Of a stretch of DNA of 61,591 nt, positions 1 through 9,106 are shown piece by piece; positions within the stretch are counted from its first letter, which is position 1, and each line of letters starts with the position of its first letter. The DNA comes from Chromatiales bacterium. Its GTDB lineage: Bacteria > Pseudomonadota > Gammaproteobacteria > Steroidobacterales > BM003. The position numbers and the translations under genes were made by a program. The DNA lies in contig PKUM01000054.1 in NCBI GenBank assembly GCA_002868855.1, forward strand, positions 1 through 61,591, in the 5' to 3' direction. A model generated the notes under the pieces. It was not told where the DNA came from. It saw nothing but the letters and a program-made list of their open reading frames with translations, and did not search any database.

Positions 1-1483
1 ATTGCTGCGCCTGTTGGTGACGCACAGCGGCGCGGCGCTGCTCGAGTTCTTCGCCTGCGTGTTTTTCAGCGGCCTCGGCGGCGCCCAGCCGGACCTCCAG
101 ATCGGCCAGTCGCGCGCGTCCGGCCTCGAGTTCCTCCCATTGCCTGCGCAGATTCGCCGAGGCTTCGATACCCTCCTCCACCGGAGGGTAGCCCGACCAG
201 GTTGTGCGTAAAGTCTCGATCTCATTGAGCGTCTGCTGACGCCGGCTTTCGCGATTCGCGGTCTCCTGCACCAGCGCCGCCCAGTTCTGATCGGCCTCGG
301 TCATCGCTGCCTCAGCGGCTTCGAGCTGGAGACGCGCTTCTTCCAGCGGTTGCAACTGTGCCCGCAAAGCTTCGAGACGATTGACCTCTGCCATGTGGCG
401 CTCGCGTTCTGCGCGGCGTTTTCCGGCCTTTGCTACAGCCTCGCGGGTTCGCGCCGCCGCTTGTTGCGCCTGATCGAGCGCGGCACGGCATGCACCCAGT
501 TCGCTTTCGGCCGAGCGCAGTTGCGTCTGCGCCGTCTCGCGCTGAGAAGCGAGATCGTCGAGCGCAGCGGCCCGCTGTGCCCGCGCAAGCGTTTCGCGCG
601 CGTCCGCGATGTCCGGCAATTGCCGCTCCAGCTCGCCGAGCTTTATCCGCGCATCTTCCAGGGCACGGAATTTCGCGCTCAGCTGGCGCGCTTCCTCGAG
701 AACCTTGTCCGCGCCAGCGACACGTTTGCGCAGTACCGCGTTCTCCCTGCCACCCTCGCCAATCTCATGGTCGAGCCGCAACAGCGTTTCATCGAGTTCC
801 CCGGCGTCGCCGCACCCCGCAGCGTCGAGATAGGTCTTGCGTCTTTCACCGAGCTTCTCGACCCGAACCCGCAGCGCCTTCGCCCGCTGCCGCAACGCCT
901 GTTCAATATGGCGAAACCGCTCGGTATCGAACAATGTCTCGAGAATTTCCTCGCGCTGATCGGACCGCGCCGTCAGCAATTCGCGGAAACGACCCTGCGG
1001 CAGGATAATGACCTGGCGAAACTGGCCACTGCGAAAACCGAGTAACTCCTCTATTTTTGCCGTTACGCTGGTCCAGCGCGTTCCCAGCACCTTGCCCGTT
1101 GCGGATGCCTCTCCGTTGCCGCTGAGTTCCCACAGCGTGGCCTCTGCCTGTTGCGTCGTGGTGCCCTCGCCGCGTTTCTTCAGGCGCTCCTGCTCCGGCA
1201 CCCGGCGCACCCTGAAACAGCGATCGCCGAGTGAGAAACATAGCTCGACAAAGGTCGTCTGGTCGGGCGGGGCAAAATCGCTGCGCATGCTGCGCCCATC
1301 GCGTTCGGCGCCCGAGCTGTCGCCATACAACGCAAACGAAATCGCATCGAGGATGCTCGTTTTGCCGGCACCCGTCGCTCCATGAATCAGGAACAGCGGG
1401 TTTCCGCGCAGGACACGAAAATCCAGGCTCTCGATGCCTGAATACGGACCGAATGCCGACATGCGCAGGACCAGCGGCCTCAT
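1..1483 (-). CDS. sbcC: SbcC, ATPase subunit of the SbcCD nuclease (5' part only; the gene runs off the left edge)
   Basis: The minus-strand frame stays open from the ATG at 1481-1483 to position 1. It is absent from the ORF track because there is no stop in the window. The ATG overlaps the sbcD stop (ATGA). N-terminus is MRPLVLRMSAFGPYSG and Walker A GATGAGKTS is encoded near 1355-1381. The rest is Q/E/A/R-rich and coiled-coil-like. Confidence 0.85.
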   Translation of the reverse strand, partial: MRPLVLRMSAFGPYSGIESLDFRVLRGNPLFLIHGATGAGKTSILDAISFALYGDSSGAERDGRSMRSDFAPPDQTTFVELCFSLGDRCFRVRRVPEQERLKKRGEGTTTQQAEATLWELSGNGEASATGKVLGTRWTSVTAKIEELLGFRSGQFRQVIILPQGRFRELLTARSDQREEILETLFDTERFRHIEQALRQRAKALRVRVEKLGERRKTYLDAAGCGDAGELDETLLRLDHEIGEGGRENAVLRKRVAGADKVLEEARQLSAKFRALEDARIKLGELERQLPDIADARETLARAQRAAALDDLASQRETAQTQLRSAESELGACRAALDQAQQAAARTREAVAKAGKRRAERERHMAEVNRLEALRAQLQPLEEARLQLEAAEAAMTEADQNWAALVQETANRESRRQQTLNEIETLRTTWSGYPPVEEGIEASANLRRQWEELEAGRARLADLEVRLGAAEAAEKHAGEELEQRRAAVRHQQAQQ

Positions 1484-2628
1484 TGCTTCGCCTCGCGCGC
1501 CGCCTCGTCGAGATCTGCAAGCACGCTGTCGAGCGCCGCTTGCTGTGACGGCAGTAGCGCCTCACCGGTCATTTGCTCGAAAAAACTGGCGAACAGCTCG
1601 CGTTCGCTGCGCCGCAGTCGTTCGCGTCCTCCCTGGCGCAATGTCCCGCCGCGCTCGAGACCGGGCCGTTCCAGGTGCAGCAGATTCGGATAGATCTCGC
1701 GCAACCGGCCCATGGCGTCGAGAATTGCGCCGCTGTCCGACAAGCGCACAAGCAGGTAGTCGTCGCGACTGCCGGCCGGCTCCTGCATCAGGCTGGCCAT
1801 CGAGCCCTCGACGATGCGAACGTCGCGGCGCGGGCGTATTGCGATCTGCTCACAACGCGTGGCGCCGCTCCGGTCCAGCTCGACGACATTGAAGCCCTTG
1901 GTGTGATGGGCCTCGGAAAACGAATATTTCAGCAGCGAGCCCGAGTACCGGACCCGCTCGGAGCCTGCCCGTTGCGGGCCATGCAGGTGACCCAGCGCGA
2001 CGTAGTCAAAACCGGCAAACGCATCGGCGCCCACGCTGCCCGCGCCACCCACGCTGAGCGGGCGCTCGGACTCGCTTTCGCCGGACCCGGCAACGAAACA
2101 GTGCGCCATCAGCACCGCTCGGCGCCCTTCGGTGCGCTGCGCCGTCAGTGTCGCGATCAGTGCGCGCAGGGCGGCATCGTGACCCTGGAGCTCCGGAGCG
2201 TCCAGCACGAGTCTCGCAACCGCCGGCTCAACATAGGGCAATGAAAATATATCGACGGGTCCATAGCGGTCTTCAAGCGTGACCGGCGCAACAGGCAGAT
2301 CGATACGGCCGCTGACATGTAGCCCCTGCCCCGCCAGCATCGGCGCGCCGAAAGACAGCCGCGCCGGACTGTCGTGGTTTCCGGCAATCATGAAAACCGG
2401 CACGCCGGCGCCCAGCACAATACTTCCGAGCACGTCGTCCAGAAGATTCACTGCCTCCGGAGGCGGCACTGCCCGGTCGAAGACGTCGCCGGCAATCAAC
2501 ACCGCATCGATGCCGCCATCGTTGACCACCGCCACCAGCTGGTCGAGCGCATGGGCCTGGTCCTCGATCAGGCTGACATTGTGAAATTGCCTGCCGAGGT
2601 GCCAGTCCGCTGTATGCAGGAAACGCAT
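1480..2628 (-). CDS. sbcD: SbcD, Mre11-like nuclease subunit of SbcCD
   Basis: 382-aa ORF. N-terminus MRFLHTADWHLG, with GDVFD and GNHD calcineurin-like phosphoesterase motifs. Translationally coupled to sbcC. Confidence 0.92.
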   Translation of the reverse strand: MRFLHTADWHLGRQFHNVSLIEDQAHALDQLVAVVNDGGIDAVLIAGDVFDRAVPPPEAVNLLDDVLGSIVLGAGVPVFMIAGNHDSPARLSFGAPMLAGQGLHVSGRIDLPVAPVTLEDRYGPVDIFSLPYVEPAVARLVLDAPELQGHDAALRALIATLTAQRTEGRRAVLMAHCFVAGSGESESERPLSVGGAGSVGADAFAGFDYVALGHLHGPQRAGSERVRYSGSLLKYSFSEAHHTKGFNVVELDRSGATRCEQIAIRPRRDVRIVEGSMASLMQEPAGSRDDYLLVRLSDSGAILDAMGRLREIYPNLLHLERPGLERGGTLRQGGRERLRRSERELFASFFEQMTGEALLPSQQAALDSVLADLDEAAREAKQ

Positions 2629-2681
2629 GTCCGGGCCGCCGGCCGCTCAGCCGGCCTGCGGGCGTGGCTGTGACCCGACCG

Positions 2682-3668
2682 TCACGTTGGCTCCCCGGTC
2701 GGATAACGCGCCGCCGCCAGGCGGGCTTTTTCCGCAACCAGTTCGCGCAGTGGAGCCGGGCCCAGCACTTCGACATCCGGGCCGAACTTGAGAATATCCA
2801 TCACCAGCTCGCGCGGATCGCTATACGGCACTTTGAGCACATAGCTGCCATCGAGTTCGAACTCGCCTTCCTGTTCCTCGTGCCAGAATTCGCGCGACAC
2901 CCAGCGTGCACGCTGCGCCTCGAATCGCAGCACGGCCTTCTCCACCCGCCGCCCGGAGAAAATCCCAAAGCCCGGCGTCAACACCTCATCGAGATCGGCA
3001 TCGTCAATATCGCGAGCCGCCTGATCGCGAATATGGGCGGAATGAATAGCGTCGACAGAGAATGTCCTGAGCCCCTTGCGCAAGTGGCACCAGGCATCGA
3101 GATACCAGTTGTCGCGATAATGAACCAGACGCTGCGGCGATACGATTCTCTCGCTGGTGTCGCCGGTCGATCGTTTGAAATGGTCGATAGTTAGTCTGCG
3201 CCGCGACAACAGCGCGGTGGTGATCGTCTGGAAATGCGCCGGCTCGACCTCGCGCGCGCCCATCCGCAAAACCCGGATCCGCCGTTCGACCTCCTCCGCC
3301 GAATGATCGCCGGACTCCAGCAGCTTGCGGATCCTGGCCCGCAGCGGCGCGACATGTCCTCCCATCAGCCCGGGCTGCAGCCGCCGCAACAGGTACTCCA
3401 TCGTCATCAGTGCGTGCAGTTCGCTGGCCGAAAACCACAGTCCGGGCAACTCGTAATTGACATGGCCCGGATCGGATTGATCGAGGCGGTAACCATTGGC
3501 TTCCCTGTCATAGATGATCGGCATGGAGAAACGATCGCGCAGATATTCGAGATCGCGTTTGAAGGTTGCGAGCGATACTTCGAGTACCTCGAGGAACAGG
3601 TCTCGCGGCACCACACGGCGCTGGCGCAACAATTCCTGGATTTTGTAGAAGCGTTCGGTGCGATTCAT
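2682..3668 (-). CDS. YafY/WYL-family transcriptional regulator (HTH + WYL domain)
   Basis: Internal ATG at 3668 of track ORF 2682..4016. N-terminal HTH MNRTERFYKIQELLRQRR...SLATFKRDLEYLRD and WYL core HYRDNWYLDAWCH. Same strand as sbcD, 53 bp upstream of it. Confidence 0.8.
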   Translation of the reverse strand: MNRTERFYKIQELLRQRRVVPRDLFLEVLEVSLATFKRDLEYLRDRFSMPIIYDREANGYRLDQSDPGHVNYELPGLWFSASELHALMTMEYLLRRLQPGLMGGHVAPLRARIRKLLESGDHSAEEVERRIRVLRMGAREVEPAHFQTITTALLSRRRLTIDHFKRSTGDTSERIVSPQRLVHYRDNWYLDAWCHLRKGLRTFSVDAIHSAHIRDQAARDIDDADLDEVLTPGFGIFSGRRVEKAVLRFEAQRARWVSREFWHEEQEGEFELDGSYVLKVPYSDPRELVMDILKFGPDVEVLGPAPLRELVAEKARLAAARYPTGEPT

Positions 3669-3806
3669 GGCGTCCCCCGGTTGCCCCGTTATAAGGCAAA
3701 ACCGCGTCATCATCCAATGCCGGTGCGGCGGCGCAATGCGCGGCGTTGGCTGCGCGGCGGCAGGCTCGACTACAATCGCGACAGCAACCGAGGAAATCAG
3801 CGGCCG

Positions 3807-4283
3807 ATGTCCGACCCGACAATCCAGCGATTCGTGATCCAGTGGCGCGACCTCGATGCGAACGGCCACATGCGCAATACCGCTTATCTCGAGTATGCAA
3901 CTCAGGCCCGCTTCGCCTTCTTCGCGACGCACGGGTTTCCGCTCAGCGAATTCCGCCAGCTCTCGCTCGGGCCAATAACGCTGCGCGACGAGATCACCTA
4001 CGTGCGCGAGGTGCACATGCTGGAAACGATCGAGTCACGCCTGCATGCAGCGAACTGGAGCGATGACGGGTCGCGCTTCCGGCTGGTCAACGACATCGTC
4101 AATCGCGACGGCGACCGGGTCGCCCGGGTCGTCGCCGATCTCGCATGGATGAATATGGCTACACGCGCGATCACGGCGCCACCTGCAGAACTCTTTCAGC
4201 TGGTCCGGGATCTCGGTGATCCGTCGCTGCGCCGGCGCGGGCGCAGCGGCCCGCAGCAAACGGGAACCGGCGATGCCGACTAA
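3807..4283 (+). CDS. Acyl-CoA thioesterase, hotdog fold (YbgC/4HBT-like)
   Basis: ATG at 3807 inside track ORF 3234..4283; the upstream part of that ORF is antisense to the WYL gene. Sequence MSDPTIQRFVIQWRDLDANGHMRNTAYLEY is typical of 4HBT thioesterases. Confidence 0.7.
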   Translation: MSDPTIQRFVIQWRDLDANGHMRNTAYLEYATQARFAFFATHGFPLSEFRQLSLGPITLRDEITYVREVHMLETIESRLHAANWSDDGSRFRLVNDIVNRDGDRVARVVADLAWMNMATRAITAPPAELFQLVRDLGDPSLRRRGRSGPQQTGTGDAD

Positions 4284-5313
4284 CGTTACGGCGGACTACA
4301 AGAAAGCCGAGGCGGCGTTTCGCGAAGCCCGCGAACCCGCGGAAAAGCTCGCCAGCCTGAAAGAGATGCTGCGCACGATTCCCAAGCACAAGGGAACGGA
4401 ACATCTCCAGGCCGACATCAAAAGCCGGATCAAGATGCTGAGCGACGAACTGGCCGGACCGCGCAAGGGCGGGAAACGCAGCGGACCGGCCTATGTCGTG
4501 CGACCGGAAGGGGCTGCCCAGATTGCGCTGCTCGGCCCGCCAAATGCGGGAAAGTCGACATTGCACGACAAACTCTGCGGCTCCCACAGCGAACAGGGCC
4601 CCTACCCGTTCACAACGCATCACCCGATTCCCGGCATGATGCCGTTCGAGGACATCTACTTTCAGTTGATCGATCTGCCGCCCATCACCGCCGACTATTT
4701 CGAGAGCTGGATGCTCAACGCGCTGCAGCCGGCCGATGCGGCCATGCTGGTGGTCGACGTGACCGACCCGGACTGCGTCGACCAGGTGCAGACGATCCTG
4801 GCGCGGCTTGGCGACAGAAAGGTCGTGCTCAGCGAACGCTGGCCCGGACCGGTCCCGGAGGCATTCGCGGTGCACAGTGACGCCACGACAGCGGAACCCG
4901 ACGACGATCCGTTTACGCTGGAGCTGCCAACGCTGCTGGTCGGCAACAAGAGCGATCTCGATCCTGAACCTGCGGAAGTGCGGATTCTCGAGGAATTGCT
5001 CGGCCGCGAATTCCCGGCACTGGCGGTATCGGCGCTGACCGGAGACGGCCTCGAAGACATAGGCAAACTGCTTTATCCGGCGCTCGAAATCGTGAGGGTC
5101 TACACCAAGGTGCCCGGTCATGCCGCCGAGGACGACAGACCTTTTACGGTACGCCGCGGCCAGACAGTGGCCGACGTAGCCCGATTGGTTCACAAGGATA
5201 TCGCGGCAGGTCTTCGCTTCGCCCGGATGTTGGGCAGCGAGGTCTTCGATGGCCAACAGGTCGGGCCCGATCACACCGTTGCCGATGGCGACCGGGTCGA
5301 ACTTCATGTCTGA
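4273..5313 (+). CDS. DRG-like (Obg-superfamily) GTPase with C-terminal TGS domain
   Basis: ATG at 4273 (MPTNVTADYKK). N-terminal helical segment IPKHKGTEHLQADIKSRIKMLSDEL, G1 GPPNAGKS, G3 DLPP, G4 NKSD, and a C-terminal TGS-like segment VRVYTKVPG...GDRVELHV. Confidence 0.75.
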   Translation: MPTNVTADYKKAEAAFREAREPAEKLASLKEMLRTIPKHKGTEHLQADIKSRIKMLSDELAGPRKGGKRSGPAYVVRPEGAAQIALLGPPNAGKSTLHDKLCGSHSEQGPYPFTTHHPIPGMMPFEDIYFQLIDLPPITADYFESWMLNALQPADAAMLVVDVTDPDCVDQVQTILARLGDRKVVLSERWPGPVPEAFAVHSDATTAEPDDDPFTLELPTLLVGNKSDLDPEPAEVRILEELLGREFPALAVSALTGDGLEDIGKLLYPALEIVRVYTKVPGHAAEDDRPFTVRRGQTVADVARLVHKDIAAGLRFARMLGSEVFDGQQVGPDHTVADGDRVELHV

Positions 5314-5376
5314 TTCGAAAATCACATTCGCATGCAGGTGCGCAACGCCTCCCAATCGTCTGAAGGCAGCCATAAT

Positions 5377-7053
5377 ATGAGCCGTTTTCGTATTTTGTTC
5401 CTGGTCCCGGCATTTCTGTTTGCAGCGGCGCTCGGCGCCACCAATGCCGACCTCATTCTCGAGAACGGCACGATTCATACCGTCGACCCCGATGTGGCAT
5501 TGGTCGAGGCGGTGGCGATCGCCGATGGCAGGATCATCGCACTCGGCAGCAAGACCGCCGTCGACAAATTTCGCACCACGCAGACCCAGGTAATCGATCT
5601 CGACGGACGTTTCGCCATGCCCGGATTCAACGATGCCCATGTGCATCTGGGCAATGCCGCATTGAGGATGCTGAACGTCGACCTGTCCGAAACGACTTCG
5701 CTCGAAGAACTGAAAACGCGCCTCGCCGCAGAGGTGCCAAAGCGGAAACCCGGCCAGTGGATCTATGGCCGCGGCTGGGACGAGAGCAAGTGGGCAGGGG
5801 GGCGCGTTCCGACCCGCGACGATCTCGACGCCGTGACGACCATCCACGCACTGTTCCTGGAACGCGCCGACGGCCACTCCGCGGTGTTGAACTCACTGGC
5901 GCTGCAACGTGCCGCGATCGATCGCGACACTCCCGACCCGGCCGGTGGCGTGATCGATCGCGACGCGACCGGCCGCGCGACCGGCTGGCTCAAGGAGAAG
6001 GCTGCCGACCAGGCATTCGGACTGATTCCCGAACCCACGCGCGGCCAGTGGCGCGACGGGTTTCTGCGCGCGATGCATCACGCGCTTGAAAACGGAGTGA
6101 CGTCGGTACAGGACGACACACTGCGCAGTCCCGGCCAGGGCAAAACCGCGGTGTCCGTGCTGCAGGAGCTGCACGCCGAACAGGCGCTGCCGATCCGTAT
6201 CACCGTGTGGCTGCCGTTCGAGGCGCCGCTCGAAGAGCTGGAGAAATGGCGCAAGGAACTCGGCACCAGCGACCGTTGGCTCAAAGCGGGCTTGCTGAAG
6301 ACCAACATCGATGGCTCGGGCGGGTCGTTGTCAGCTGCAATGCTGGAACCTTACTCCAGCGCGCCGGACAACAAGGGACTGTTACTGCTCGATCCCGATA
6401 CCGTGACAGATATGGTCATCGCGCGCGATGCCGCCGGATTCCAAATCGGAATCCATGCTATCGGCGACCGCGCCAACCGCGTTGTACTCGATGCTTTCGA
6501 CAGCGCGATTCGCAGCAATGGCCGGCGTGATTCGCGGCACCGTATCGAACACGCGCAATTCGTCAATGGCGCCGACCTGGAACGGTTTCGTTCTCTCGGA
6601 GTCATTGCATCGGTGCAGCCGAGCCACTTGCTGACCGACCTGCGCTGGGCACCATCGCTGCTCGGCGCGCAACGCGAAGCCGACGCCTACCGCTGGAAGA
6701 GCTTTGTCGACTCCGGCGCTCACCTGTGTTTCGGCACCGACTATCCGGTCGAGCCGATCGGCCCGATGCGCGGGCTTTACGCGGCGATCACCCGCGAGTT
6801 CGAATCGGGCGGTCCCCCCGGCGGCTGGCACCCGGATGAATCGCTGGACATGCGCGCGGCGATTGCCGCCTACACGCTTGAACCTGCCTTCGCGGAATTC
6901 GAGGAAACGCGTAAAGGCACGCTTACCGTGGGCAAACTTGCAGACATCGTCGTGCTTGCCCGGGACGTTACCAGGCTGGCGCCGGAAGATGTGTTGCAGA
7001 CCCGCGTGGATATCACAATCGTCGAGGGTCGGGTCGCTTACCGGCGCCATTGA
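5377..7053 (+). CDS. Secreted amidohydrolase family protein (YtcJ-like, Amidohydro_3)
   Basis: ATG at 5377. Signal peptide MSRFRILFLVPAFLFAAALGA. Metal motif NDAHVHLG, with later HAIGD and IEHAQ motifs. Confidence 0.8.
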   Translation: MSRFRILFLVPAFLFAAALGATNADLILENGTIHTVDPDVALVEAVAIADGRIIALGSKTAVDKFRTTQTQVIDLDGRFAMPGFNDAHVHLGNAALRMLNVDLSETTSLEELKTRLAAEVPKRKPGQWIYGRGWDESKWAGGRVPTRDDLDAVTTIHALFLERADGHSAVLNSLALQRAAIDRDTPDPAGGVIDRDATGRATGWLKEKAADQAFGLIPEPTRGQWRDGFLRAMHHALENGVTSVQDDTLRSPGQGKTAVSVLQELHAEQALPIRITVWLPFEAPLEELEKWRKELGTSDRWLKAGLLKTNIDGSGGSLSAAMLEPYSSAPDNKGLLLLDPDTVTDMVIARDAAGFQIGIHAIGDRANRVVLDAFDSAIRSNGRRDSRHRIEHAQFVNGADLERFRSLGVIASVQPSHLLTDLRWAPSLLGAQREADAYRWKSFVDSGAHLCFGTDYPVEPIGPMRGLYAAITREFESGGPPGGWHPDESLDMRAAIAAYTLEPAFAEFEETRKGTLTVGKLADIVVLARDVTRLAPEDVLQTRVDITIVEGRVAYRRH

Positions 7054-7203
7054 CCGGAACCGCCGTGGAAAATTCAGGTCCGCCATCAGGGAAAATACGT
7101 ATGGTGCGGCGCATCAGAACTGTCACTATATTAGCGTGATCTAATTTATTGCCTCGCGATACATGGAAACCTGCCGCAACAGGCATTAGATGAGGTGCCA
7201 CTG

Positions 7204-7578
7204 ATGAAAGCCGTGAATATTGGATTACTTGCGCTGACTACATCGCTGATTCTCTCCGGAGGCGATGCGCTGGGCGCTCCCGGCGGCGGCAATCAGGGTC
7301 AGGGCCAGGGCCAAAGTGCACCGCGAGCGGACCAGCAACGCGGCAAGTCGCAACAGGCGGCCCAGCGCGAACAGCAACGCGAGCGCGAACAACAACGGGT
7401 ACACCAGTCCGACCAGGCCAACGCGAAACGAAAACAGGAGCAGGTCCGCGCCGAGCGCACGGATTCCGCGGCGCAACCCGGATCGACCGCAGAGGCAACG
7501 GCGAAACAAGGCAACGGTCGTGTCGAGGATGGCAGCAAGCCTGAAAATGGCGATGCCACGGGCAAAAAGGACGACTAA
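7204..7578 (+). CDS. Small secreted low-complexity Q/E/R/G-rich protein (hypothetical)
   Basis: ATG at 7204. Signal peptide MKAVNIGLLALTTSLILSGGDALG, followed by GGGNQGQGQGQ and QQREREQQR repeats. Confidence 0.5.
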   Translation: MKAVNIGLLALTTSLILSGGDALGAPGGGNQGQGQGQSAPRADQQRGKSQQAAQREQQREREQQRVHQSDQANAKRKQEQVRAERTDSAAQPGSTAEATAKQGNGRVEDGSKPENGDATGKKDD

Positions 7579-7637
7579 ATCTCTCTCACTCCCTCCCAGG
7601 GACGACCACCCCAAGGATGGGAGCCCAAGGAAGGGCG

Positions 7638-7667
7638 AAGAAGGGCCGGCGCAAGCCGGCTCTTCTT
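7638..7667 (+). terminator. GC-rich hairpin with GCAA tetraloop downstream of the 7204-7578 gene
   Basis: AAGAAGGGCCGGC-GCAA-GCCGGCTCTTCTT, a 13-bp stem with one G-U pair. There is no clear U-tract after it. Confidence 0.4.
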
Positions 7668-7791
7668 GCGTCCCGCCGTCATTTGTCTCACCGGCGGCTT
7701 GCAGACGCGATTGCCGGCCAACTCCGCTTTGCCTACACTGACCGCGCAGGCACTAACGGCTTGCGCGACTCACTCTTCAATGGAGATTCCA

Positions 7792-8355
7792 ATGAAAACT
7801 CGATTTGCCGGAATACGCACGTCCGGCCTGTGTTTGCTGGCTTTGGCGCTTTCCGCGCTGGCCGCCCCGGTGCACGCCAAATCGGCTGCCGAAATTGAAG
7901 CAGCGGTCAATGCATCGCTGCAGCAATTCAAGGAATCCGTCGGCTCTGCCGAAGAGTTAATGGCCAAATCCGAGGGTGTACTCGTGTTCCCAAGCGTCAT
8001 CAAGGCCGGCATCGGCATCGGCGGCGAGTACGGCGAGGGCGCGTTGCGAATCGGTGGCAAGACCGCCGATTACTACAGCACGGCAGCGGCTTCGATCGGA
8101 CTGCAACTCGGTGCGCAGGCGAAAACGGTCATTATCCTGTTCCTGCAGCAAGAGGCGCTGGATAATTTTCGCAACAGCAAGGGCTGGGAAGCCGGCGTTG
8201 ACGGCTCTGTTGCGCTGGTCAAAGTAGGTGCCGGCGGCTCGATCGATACCACCAACATCAAGGATCCGATAATCGGATTCGTTATTGGCCAGAAGGGCCT
8301 GATGTTCAATGTCACTCTCGAGGGATCGAAATTCACGAAGATCGTTCGCGAGTAA
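7792..8355 (+). CDS. SYLF (Ysc84/DUF500) lipid-binding domain protein, secreted
   Basis: ATG at 7792. Signal peptide MKTRFAGIRTSGLCLLALALSALAAPVHA, plus GIGIGGEYGEGAL and GLQLGAQ motifs typical of SYLF domains. Confidence 0.7.
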   Translation: MKTRFAGIRTSGLCLLALALSALAAPVHAKSAAEIEAAVNASLQQFKESVGSAEELMAKSEGVLVFPSVIKAGIGIGGEYGEGALRIGGKTADYYSTAAASIGLQLGAQAKTVIILFLQQEALDNFRNSKGWEAGVDGSVALVKVGAGGSIDTTNIKDPIIGFVIGQKGLMFNVTLEGSKFTKIVRE

Positions 8356-8431
8356 CCGGTTTGCTGTGGCGGCGGGTCGGCCTGCCGATGCGCCGCTCAG
8401 CCTTGTTCGCAAACCGGGAACCGAGTTGACG

Positions 8432-9091
8432 ATGCCAAAAATCCAGCGACAAATCGCACGATCCGGCACCGCCACACGGGGCTACGCAATCCTGTTGGCC
8501 ATGCTCGCTGCGACGGCCAACTGCCTTGCCGCTGCTCCGGCGCCGGCACCCGGGATGTTCCTCGTCGCGAGTCGCAGCCTCGTGGACGGGAATTTTGCCG
8601 GCACTGTCGTTCTACTCACGCGCTACAGCGCGGACGGCGCAATGGGACTGGTCGTAAACCGCCCGGTCGGTGTCGGCCCGGACGAGCTGATCACCGACAT
8701 TGACAACGTCAAAAACTATCAAGGCGAATTGCATGGCGGAGGGCCGGTAGCGATACACAACATCTTCATGTTGATTCGCAGCGACCAGGCGCTGCAGTCC
8801 GCCCAACACGTATTCGCCGACGTCTACGCGTCGCACAGCCGCGACCTGCTGGAGTCATTGCCTGCGGATCACTTTTCCCGCGAGGTAATGCGATTCTACG
8901 CCGGATACGCAGGCTGGGGCGCGGGCCAGCTGAATGCGGAAATCGCTCGCGGCGACTGGCATCTGGTGGCGGCAACCACGGAGGCAATATTCGGCAACGA
9001 TTCCGACCAGGTGTGGAAAAAACTGCTGCCTCCCCCTGCCGCGATCATCGCTGCACACGACTCACTGCACCGCGCTTCGATTGCGCGCTGA
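8432..9091 (+). CDS. algH: YqgE/AlgH family protein (UPF0301/DUF179)
   Basis: ATG at 8432. Motifs GMFLVASRSL.D.NF..TVVLL, GLVVNRP and YAGYAGWGAGQL are characteristic of the family. It carries an unusual N-terminal signal-like extension. Confidence 0.7.
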   Translation: MPKIQRQIARSGTATRGYAILLAMLAATANCLAAAPAPAPGMFLVASRSLVDGNFAGTVVLLTRYSADGAMGLVVNRPVGVGPDELITDIDNVKNYQGELHGGGPVAIHNIFMLIRSDQALQSAQHVFADVYASHSRDLLESLPADHFSREVMRFYAGYAGWGAGQLNAEIARGDWHLVAATTEAIFGNDSDQVWKKLLPPPAAIIAAHDSLHRASIAR

Positions 9092-9106
9092 CCATGCGAC
9101 TCTGCT

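Noticed and set aside
350-1045. Plus-strand ORFs of 192-231 aa at the left edge (350..1045, 430..1008, 1008..1385 and others).
   Set aside because: They are antisense or off-frame shadows of sbcC, whose minus-strand frame is open to the window edge and carries the Walker A motif and the ATGA coupling to sbcD.
2629-2681. GC-rich palindromic stretch (GCCGGC…GCCGGC) between the WYL gene and sbcD, considered as a terminator.
   Set aside because: The stem is only about 6 bp, with no U-tract. This is insufficient to call a terminator, so it is mentioned only as a possible operator or attenuator.
3234-3806. 5' extension of the thioesterase ORF (track 3234..4283).
   Set aside because: It is antisense to the WYL regulator gene. 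Thioesterase homology begins at the ATG at 3807.
4171-5877. 568-aa minus-strand ORF, one of the longest in the track.
   Set aside because: It lies antisense to the well-supported DRG-like GTPase and amidohydrolase genes. It is Arg/Ala/Gly-rich with no recognisable motif, which is typical of a GC-rich shadow frame.
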